A DNA stretch of 64,000 nucleotides from contig NC_083277.1 in assembly GCF_963506605.1 (NCBI RefSeq), positions 17,670,001 to 17,734,000 of the forward strand, written 5' to 3'. Position 1 is the first letter of the stretch, and each line of letters opens with the position of its first letter. Positions 1 through 8,600 of this stretch are shown one piece after another. The DNA is from Zootoca vivipara (taxonomy: Eukaryota). Both the position numbers and the translations under genes were made by a program. The notes beneath the pieces were generated by a model, which was given only the letters and a program-made list of their open reading frames with translations, made no database searches and had not been told where the DNA came from.

Positions 1-294
1 CTCTGAAATCAGATCTGTTTTCTGCCTTGGGGGACATAGTTCAGCAGAATCCGTGTTTATCAGGACTGCGAGGGTGGGAGAATAGCATTTTTTGATGCCA
101 GTTCCAGTAGTTTGATTACCACTTTCATGGCAGTTGCTTTTGCTGGGGAGATAAGTTTTCCATTATTCATACTGCTGATATATGGAGCCCAGATGTATTT
201 GAAGGCTCTGAATTGGACTTCAAAACTTTACCATTCCTCTGTCTGTAGCATGGCTAGCTGTATGTCACCCAGTCATATTGCAGAGGAAGGATAA
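1..294 (+). pseudogene. Decayed PRYSPRY (B30.2) terminal exon, 3' part; truncated by the window start
   Basis: Frame 1 reads FLPWGT*FSRIRVYQDCEGGRIAFFDASSSSLITTFMAVAFAGEISFPLF. This matches the SPRY C-terminal pattern (RIxVxLDYExGxVxFxDA...FxF...FxGExxFPFF). In-frame stops at 4-6 (TGA) and 37-39 (TAG). Confidence 0.75.
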
Positions 295-1076
295 AGCTTT
301 AACAAACAACAGGGGTGGGGAAGAGATGAAACCACTGACAAGTACTGTATAAGACACTTGGGTCCTCTTAGATAGAGATGAGTTTGTCAGTTCTGCTTTG
401 GTGAATCTTTGGATTCTCACAGGATGCCGATTCAAAATATTGGAAGCGGGGGTGGGGGGGGGGAAAGCAGGGCAATATATAGCACCTGCACTACCTGTGT
501 TTTGGTACCAGAACTAATATTGTATTTCACCACAATCCCCTCTTTTTGCCAATTATTTCTTTATTGTTTTTCTAAGTTATTAACACCCCATAAATTCCTC
601 TTGGTTCACTCCAAGCTGTCACTGTTTCAGCAACCTAGGAAGGGGGCTGGGTGTGTTTAATGCTTTGGCATTGCTGCTGCTGGTAAGTCCTTTAAAAAAT
701 ACGATTCATAACTTTTTGCAAATCCTCCAGTGTCCTAGCATTATGTAGCAGGTGGAGAACAGTGCAGAGCCTTGGAGTGTCTTTTGGTACGAATTGGTTT
801 ACAAAAGAAAAATGCGGACAGCTACTAGAATCATTGGCTGCAGGCTGTATCTCTGCTTCACCAAGCAGGGGATAAAGTCCTTGGTCGTCGTGGTGCTTTT
901 ATAGATGTGCTGTGGGTGGCAGGAAATAGCTATCAGGGGCACAAAAAGGTCGATTGCCATTCAAGGTGTTTTTAAGAAAGGCGTAAAATGACAGGGAGCC
1001 TCAGCTAACATTTGGGAGGAGTTTTCGAAGCAATGGAGAGCCGAGAGGTTTAATTATATTTTTGGCGGCAGTGTTT

Positions 1077-1123
1077 CAGTTCTTCTAGGAGCGTTGTGGG
1101 TGGCTCTGAAAAGAGCCTTTGGG
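1077..1123 (-). terminator. Histone mRNA 3' stem-loop plus histone downstream element
   Basis: Minus strand reads CCCAAA-GGCTCTTTTCAGAGCC-ACCC (1098-1123), the canonical SLBP-binding stem-loop. Purine-rich AGAAGAACTG (HDE-like, 1077-1086) follows. Confidence 0.95.
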
Positions 1124-1175
1124 TCTGGGTATTTTGTCAGCGGCCCTGGTCCGGGCTATTGGCCTTTTGGCCTCA

Positions 1176-1649
1176 CTACACTGCAACGGGCGCGGTGCTG
1201 GCCTTGAGGGCCACTTTGGTGCCTTTGGCGGCCTTGGTCAGGGGTTTGGGAGCAGCCTTAGCGCTGGCCGCGCTATGCAGAGCTTCGGTCTTCTTGGGCA
1301 GCAAGACGGCGTGGATGTTGGGCAAGACTCCGCCCTGCGCTATGGTCACTCCGCCCAGCAGTTTGTTCAACTCCTCGTCGTTGCGCACCGCCAGCTGCAA
1401 GTGGCGCGGGATGATGCGGCTCTTCTTGTTGTCCCTGGCTGCGTTGCCGGCCAGCTCTAGGATCTCTGCGCTGAGGTACTCGAGCACAGCGGCCAAATAA
1501 ACGGGAGCTCCGCCGCCGATGCGCTCGGCGTAGTTTCCCTTGCGCAGCAGCCGATGGACTCTGCCCACGGGAAACTGCAGGCCGGCCCTGGAAGAGCGGG
1601 ACTTGGCCTTGGCCCGCGCCTTGCCACCTGTCTTGCCGCGACCAGACAT
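1176..1649 (-). CDS. H2A: Histone H2A variant, 157 aa, intronless, with extended Ala/Lys/Pro-rich C-terminal tail
   Basis: ATG at 1649: [40 protein letters not shown]...VLLPKKT, then [36 protein letters not shown]. Ends TAG TGA. TATA and CCAAT upstream, stem-loop downstream. Confidence 0.96.
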   Translation of the reverse strand: MSGRGKTGGKARAKAKSRSSRAGLQFPVGRVHRLLRKGNYAERIGGGAPVYLAAVLEYLSAEILELAGNAARDNKKSRIIPRHLQLAVRNDEELNKLLGGVTIAQGGVLPNIHAVLLPKKTEALHSAASAKAAPKPLTKAAKGTKVALKASTAPVAV

Positions 1650-1720
1650 CTTCAAAACCTCCTGACTTCTATCTCGACCAAAGAACGAAAGGAATGCAGG
1701 TGCTTGGAGTGCTTTGAGCC

Positions 1721-1801
1721 TTTTATACGTTTCTTGAGCTAGCTGCGATTGGTCGAAGACATACAGGCCAATAGAAAAAAGGATTCTATTTCTAAACCAA
1801 T
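1721..1801 (-). promoter_or_regulatory. Histone-type promoter (TATA plus three CCAAT boxes)
   Basis: TATAAAA on minus strand at 1721-1727. CCAAT/ATTGG at 1748-1752, 1768-1772 and 1797-1801. Confidence 0.8.
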
Positions 1802-2644
1802 GGGCGACGAGTGCGCGCGGGTGTGGTTCTGGGAGAGGGGAACGGAATATATTAATTGTAGAAGAAAGGACAAATATTGTCTCTCTCTGCTTTCTGTTCA
1901 CCCGACCCTTCCCGTACAGTTTTCTAATGGAAATACTGATGCTCGTGGGTTGTTGTGCCCCCCCCCCCATACGATGTTTTGTGAGAGCTGGGGATATTTT
2001 GCAAGTTTCTCCCGCCTATACAGTTCCTAGCAGATTCCTTTGCTTCTACATTTCCAGCGCGTCGGCCAAGAAACCTGTTACGCAGTTTACGTTAGACATT
2101 CCCTGCGATACTTCGTAAAAGTGCCCTTCTGGACTCCAAGGCTAAATAGGTGCAGGCTGCGGTGGAGAAAGCAGAGGGAAGAGTTTGGATTTGGATTTGA
2201 TATCCCGCTTTATCACTACCCGAAGGAGTCTCAAAGCAGCTAACAGTCTCCTTTCCCCTCCTCCCCCACAACAGACACCCTGTGAGGGGGGCGGGGCTTG
2301 ACGTTTCTGTGCACTTGGGAAAAATGGCAACCAAGCGCTTCAACGGGTTGAAAGGATTAGACACATGCGAGTTCTCTCTGTACTAGGAGAGCGGAAATAA
2401 TGTAAATGCTGCACAAAAGTAAAATAAAAATAAAAACATTAGGAGATCAGGATTCTGTTGAGTAGGGTTGAGAGATGGAGTCTTCAAAGCAGTGTGATGA
2501 GTGTGAGGCGTCCCTTTCCTGAAGCTGGAGGGAACAGGGGAGAGGGAAGGATTTGGCCTCTTTCAATGCTGGGCTTTGCCAGTACTTGAAAGCAGCAATA
2601 ATCCCTCTTCCTGCTTCCTAGTGCCTTCAAAGCATGGGGTGGAG

Positions 2645-2750
2645 AATCATAGAATCTTAAGAGAATGAAGTGACCCCCATGGGTCATCTAGTCCAACCCC
2701 CTGCAATGCAGGAATCTCAGCTAAAGCATCCATGACAGATTGCCATCCAA
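2645..2750 (-). mobile_element. CR1-type 3' end fragment
   Basis: gaatcatagaatc...catctagtccaaccccctgcaatgcagg, the reverse complement of the CR1 (ATTCTATG)n tail. Confidence 0.6.
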
Positions 2751-3113
2751 CAGAAGGCTGACCTTTCTGCCTACCTGCAGATCTTTTGCATGTGCCTAAG
2801 AAACTAATGGCTGGCTATTGGAGTCACTCAGAGTGTGTGGGCACTTGGACTTGTGTGGAAGGGGTGTATGTCATAGATTAGAAGATGGTTCTGTTACCAG
2901 AATCTTTAGAGAGCCCGAAATCCACTAGATGAGATAATTAGCTCTTTTGCTCAGCGTTACTCTGGATTGCTGCCAATATCTTCTCTTGCAGGTTTGCAGA
3001 AAAGTCCCACTGGCCATGGCTTGAACAATGAAGATTTCTCAAAAACTATTGAGGGCAAGCAAGCTAAGGAACAAGAGTGCCCTGCAACAGGCTCATAAAC
3101 ATACTTCTAGCCT

Positions 3114-3400
3114 TCACAAAGCCAGGCTGCGTAATCTGAGATGGGTTGATGAGCTTCTGATCTTGAAGAAAGTGCGGGTGTTTTCCCCCCATGAAGAAGT
3201 GACCCACTGTGATAGTCTGAAAAGGAAACATCCCCGTGTTTCGTACTGGAGAGCAACCGTTACCACTCCAGGGTCAAGGCTCATGGGCAGAAAAGTCTTA
3301 GTGGAGCTGTGCACCCAGTAATCGCCACCATTAAAGGAGATGGCCCAGATCCCCTCACTGGGCACATGCGATTCGGCCCCTTCTCTATTGTAAACAACCT
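3114..3400 (-). pseudogene. Decayed PRYSPRY (B30.2) exon remnant
   Basis: PSEGIWAISFNGGDYWVHSSTKTFLPMSLDPGVVTVALQYE...WGENTRTFFKIRSSSTHLRL aligns to the local SPRY exons ([10 protein letters not shown]...QVSLNYE...[20 protein letters not shown]). The VAFYD-equivalent (DVSFSDY) is in another frame and the 5' half is missing. Confidence 0.75.
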
Positions 3401-3963
3401 ACGTAGCTTCTTGCAGTTTCTGGAAATCTCACACAGATTAATATACACAAGCTGTTTCTGTAAATGAATGATCTTTATACAACATGTGCCTCATTGCTAC
3501 AAAAGGGAACACAGGATTTAGGAAGGTGTGGGTGGTTCCCCCGCAGAGGGCACCAAGCCAAGGGGTTGAAAAAAACAATAAGGCATTATTGTGGAAATAA
3601 GAAATACTTAGTGGGTGGCATCAAATGTTATTCTTGTTCAGGGTGCCATATTACCAAAGTCCATCCCTGGACAGACCCTGGTTAGCGCGCCTGCAACCCC
3701 ATGAATTGCACACCACTCACGCAGATTCGGGTGACGTGTAACAATACATTGAAAGTAATATACATAAGATACTTAAAACAATACAAAATAGTGACAGTAG
3801 CCTAAAAGATATATAATATTCCACTAGACGTTTCGTAGCACTCTTCCATTTTGCAGCTTGGTCAACTGCCCAATATTCAAAATAATAAAACTTTTCTTTT
3901 TTAAGTGGGAGGGACAGGAGATTGGGGCGTCACACAAAATACCTGGGGGTCAGGACGCTGGGC

Positions 3964-4099
3964 CAGGCCTAGGCAAACTCTGCCCTCCAGTTGTTTTGGG
4001 ATTACAACTCCCATCATCCCTAGCTAACAGGACCAGTGGTCAGGAATGATGGGAGTTGTAGTCCCAAAACATCTGGAGGCCCGAGTTTGCCTATGCCTG
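3964..4099. mobile_element. Hairpin hAT-type MITE (gggactacaactcccatcatccct family)
   Basis: Near-palindromic CAGG...CCTG element. Further copies at ~7191-7327 (8-bp TSD (t/a)tctagac), ~11510-12068 (interrupted), ~32731-32840, ~37600-37737, ~60557-60692 and ~61078-61211. Confidence 0.8.
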
Positions 4100-4576
4100 T
4101 GGGCCTGGGCTAACCCCAAACAATACTCCACCTTAAACACATGTATCTTAAAACAAAATATTGGCACCAACATTGCACAATGTTAAAGTGTTCCTTTACT
4201 CACAGGCATTTCAGGGGACAGGATGGGATGGTTTTAAACATAGCCCTAGTTAATTGGTAAGACTAGTTTTGTTATTTTGCTGGAGTGGTGGTTTTTTTTT
4301 AAAAAAAAAATAATTCTTACACTATGAACATTATCTGTATGTATCATTTTTGTTCAGTATGGTACTTAAAAAAAAGCTTTTAGGTTGCCTTCAATCTTTA
4401 AAGAAAAGCAACAGAACAAACTAAAATTATCCTAACAGAAGTGCAGCATAAAAATTAGTTGAGTCAAAACGAAGGTTAAAGGATTTTTTTAAAAAAAACT
4501 TTATTAAAGTTTAAAAAAACTTTATTAAGATTAATGAAATGATTGAAAGACTGCAATGGCTACATCAAATCACAGG

Positions 4577-4582
4577 TTTATT
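4577..4582 (-). terminator. Candidate polyA signal (AATAAA) of TRIM-A
   Basis: The acaggtttattaaa context is conserved downstream of all paralogs (~16092, ~29010, ~29903, ~40624). Confidence 0.45.
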
Positions 4583-5129
4583 AAAAGTAAAATCCTACAG
4601 TTCTACGCTAACAAACAGTACAGTTAATATAGGGGAAGACTAAGGGTCAAAAATAGACAATATTTGTTTTAGCATTCAAAATGCAGGTTTGTAAAGCTGC
4701 AAAATGCTGAGAGGAGAAGCTAATGATTACTGTATTAGAATCCCAAAAAAGGTGGTGGGGGATTTAACCCTTTCCTCCTTTGCTTTGGTCCTGAGTATAA
4801 TCCCTCCTCTGAAGCTTCTATTTGCATTGGGAGGAAATCCCCCATTGGCACCACTAAGAGGGTGCAACAGTAAAGGAACATTATTTGCAATATTATAGTG
4901 CTTCTTTGCTGTACTGAATTATAAAGCAATCATCTGCAGAGTCAACCCAAAACACCTTGGTCCTTTGTTGAAGGAGAATGTGGGACAGCAGCCTGGGATG
5001 GAAACTGCAGCCTATGCAGACTTTCAAAGACAATGTGCACAGAAATGATATCCGCTGCTCTATGGGACTAACATCTGGACTCGTCTGAGCACCCAGGAAA
5101 GGCAAAGCAAAGGTCAAGGACCATGTGCT

Positions 5130-5650
5130 TTAGTAGCACAGCTGGAGGCAAGCTGATGGATCTACAATCCGGAAAAAGGGGAAAACTTCCTCCTCTTCAA
5201 AATCAATTGACTCGAAAATAAAGAGGCGGGTCTTATCTTCAGCATCATAAAAAGCCACAGTCCCTGCTTCGTAGTTCAACGAAACTTGGATTTGTGTTGG
5301 GCCCTCTTCTGGGTCCAAATAGGTAGGTGGTGAAGTCAGAGCTTTGAACTGATCATTGCGGCGAAAGCCCACTGCCCAGATCCCTTCATCAGGTTCAAAA
5401 TTAATTTCTCTATCCCTCTCCACAGACTCTCTGGCTACGCCCACAGCCCAATGATTGACACCCTCAACATCCACTGTCCAATAATGTTTCCCTGAGCTGA
5501 ATCCCCGCATTCCAAGTAGACAGCGGGCGTATTCAAACCTAATTGAACTGTAGGGGTAGTCCTGGCGTACATTTCCCCACCATACTGATTTTCCATCTGA
5601 AGACACAATATATCGGGGATGGGCTGTTTCCGGATCAAACACCACGTTTT
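5130..5650 (-). CDS. TRIM-A terminal exon (PRYSPRY/B30.2 domain)
   Basis: tgtttcag|AAAAC...[13 protein letters not shown]...[10 protein letters not shown]...WAVGVARES...FPFF...TAA. Confidence 0.93.
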
Positions 5651-8600
5651 CTGAAACACAACAGGAAGCAGAGTGGTAAAACACAGCAAACAAGACAAGC
5701 GCTTAACAGAATCCGTAACTTCCGTAAGGTAGTGCTCGCAAATTGCACATATTCTTTAGGAGGAGAGGAATGGAGAACCAAAGTAGGCCAATTCATACAA
5801 TCAAATTTGCATGGCGAGGATACAGGGTGAGAGTTGCAAGCTGGAGACTGTGTGTGCAGAAACAAAGATGAAATTTACATTCGCTGCTTCACCCACTTCT
5901 GCCTCTGTCCCCACCATGGCATGTGGCCCTTGGAAGGCTGCTTAGAAGAGAATGTGGCCCTTGAGCTGGAAAATGGTTAATGTAACCCTTTCCACAACAC
6001 TATTTCCCCCCTTGAGCTATTTACTTGCTGGGGTGGTGGTGGTTTAGACTTGAGTGACAGCGCAGGGACTAACTTGCTTCCTCCGCCCCTCAGCACTGCT
6101 GCCAGGGCCTCAGTCCAGTTGGATCTCCCCCTGCAGCAACTTTTATCTCAAGAGAGAAACATCAGGACATCAAATGCGGAAACTCTCCAACACCTGGCCT
6201 GTTTTCGCTCTCCGGAAATAGCAGCTTACTTCTTTTCCATTTTGATTTCACCGTGTTGGCATGAACATAGTCTAGGAGTAGAAAAGAGAATAGGGTAAAA
6301 CGTCCACTGTAAGGCTAACAAAAGAGACCTTGCAGCCTGCTTAATCATGCACCAATAAATTTTGTTGCTAATTAAACTACAGTCATACCTCTAGCTATGT
6401 ATGCTTCAGGTTGTGTACAACATGGGGTACGTACGCGCCGAACCCGAAAGTAACTGAACGGGTTACTCCCGGGTTCGGCGATTCGCGCATGCGCAGACAC
6501 GCCAAATGAAGTCACGTGTGTGCGCAGAAGCGCCAAATCGCGTGGGGAGCATGCACAGATTCGGCACTTCAGGGTAAGTACTGCTCTGGATGCATACCGG
6601 GCTGTACAAGAATCATTCACAATAATTATTGACTAATGCATGAATCATGTTCTTAAGGCTAACTGTCAGATGAACAACTGTTGTTTCTTTGCCTCCTTTC
6701 CAGGGGGCAGGAGAGGCATGGCATGCATTTGTTTAATTCGCCCCATTTGACGACCCAGTGTTGTTAGACCTGCAAACTTATCATCAAAAACTATCATCAA
6801 CGGTCAGGGAAAGACCCCTAGGCTCTGGCAAAAGAAAAAGAGGAGCCATAAATGAGGACAAGAGTTACGCTCAGGGCAAGAATGTACGTTACTCGTATGT
6901 AGGTCATTGGGTTAACTGCCCAAAGGTAGTAGTAAAGCAGGCAGTTTGTCATGGGATGGGCCAAGCGAGGGGACAGTCTCATTTTGTTGAATAGCTTGGA
7001 ACTCGGGGATGGGACACCTGGAGCCTTCCGGAAGTTGCTAGATTCCCATCACCACTGGCCACCCAAATATTTATCCCCATGCTCTCCCAATTTCCCTCCG
7101 TCTGAAAGCAGGCACCTGCGGCTCAGAAGCAGTGCCCAACCATGCCAGCCACTGGGGCCTGGCTTTCATATCCCACGGAAGGTTCTAGACCAGGCACCCC
7201 CAAACTGCGGCCCTCCAGATGTTTTGGGACTACAACTCCCATCATCCCTAGCTAACAGGACCAGTGGTCAGGGATGATGGGAATTGTAGTCCCAAAACAG
7301 CTGGAGGGGCGAGTTCAGGGATGCCTGATCTAGACCAAATGCTTCTCTCCCATTCCGGGATGGATGCAAACTCACCTGCTCTCAGACTGGCCGGTTTTGG
7401 ATGTTCTGGGGAGAGAAAGGTGAAAGGGAAACTCAGACAAAGTTTCAGATACCATATATGTTAAAAGAGTTCACTACTGTATATACCGGTGTGTGTGAAT
7501 GCTCTTCATTTTTGGAGGGAGAAACCAGAAAAGCTGCAATATTTAACCGCGGTCCCAATCATGCAGGTAAGATTTTAGCTAGTCATGCTGGGAGTTAAGG
7601 GGATACTTGTTTAATATTTACTGCTTCGTTCCCTATGACGGAAAGCAGTCTCGGAAAGAAAGTTTGAGTCTCCCAATACTGAGTAGTAGCTTTGGTTAAG
7701 CTGTCTTGTTATTGTGACTCACTACTCTGAATAACTCTACAGACTTTTTATACGGATCTGCTCTAATTACTTGAGGGTTAACCACAAACACATATCAAGA
7801 CCTGGCTTTGTGAACTGCCAATGTTGACTCCCATATATATAACTCTGCAGTGTCCCTTTTGAGCCTGAGCCTGACTGTCTCATGTCATTGTTATTATCCT
7901 AGGTAAAACATAATCTGTTACCTGAAAGCTGACGCTGCACCAGCTGTAGTTTTTCATTAAGCAACTCAACTTTCTTATTCAGATCAGCTTTGGGTTTCCC
8001 AGATATTTCTATGTTGCATCTGGAAAGAACATATGACTTAAAATAAAGCATTGCCCTGTATTGCTCCCCGATTCCTTTCCTGTTGAATGAACTAGCAATT
8101 GCTTCACTTTCATGGCATAATCTAGGGGTGCCCAAACTTTTTTCAAAGAGGGCCAGATTTGCTGAAGGCCGACCAAAAATTAAAGTTGTTGAGCTTTTTT
8201 TAAAAAAAAATTGCCGCAAGACATATACTACCACGGGGGCCGAATTAGGCCCCCAAAATAGACCTTGGGCAAACCTGGCATAATCAGCTGCCCGAGATGG
8301 CGGCCTCGATCTGCCTAATGGCAGGACTGTCCCAATCTTCCAAATAGCTCAGTTGGTTAGAGCATGGTGCTGATAACCTCAAGGTTGTCAGTTCAATCCC
8401 CATATGACACAGTTGCATATTCCTGCATTGCAAGGGGTGGATCCTTTCCAACTCTACAATTCTACGATTCTGTAAACAGGGTCTTACCTGCTCAGCAAGG
8501 GATCCATATCCTGGGGAAAAAGATAAATCGATCAGATCCACTTTTCAAAGTTCATTACAGTTCATTAAGTACTAACTCTTAATGCATTTTGCACATTTAC

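Noticed and set aside
1176-1649. Calling the histone H2A.X
   Set aside because: The core resembles H2A.X, but the defining C-terminal SQ(E/D)Y motif is absent.
1650-1970. 107-aa N-terminal extension of H2A in the 264-aa ORF
   Set aside because: It runs through the TATA/CCAAT promoter. The canonical MSGRGK start is at 1649.
5130-5693. Stand-alone single-exon or secreted vespryn/ohanin-like B30.2 proteins from the SPRY ORFs
   Set aside because: The ORF starts are intronic sequence ahead of a clear splice acceptor, and in-phase RBCC exons exist upstream.
8343-8410. tRNA-Ile gene (also ~20860, ~34316, ~56553)
   Set aside because: Degenerate stems continuing into SINE body and tail; these are SINE heads.
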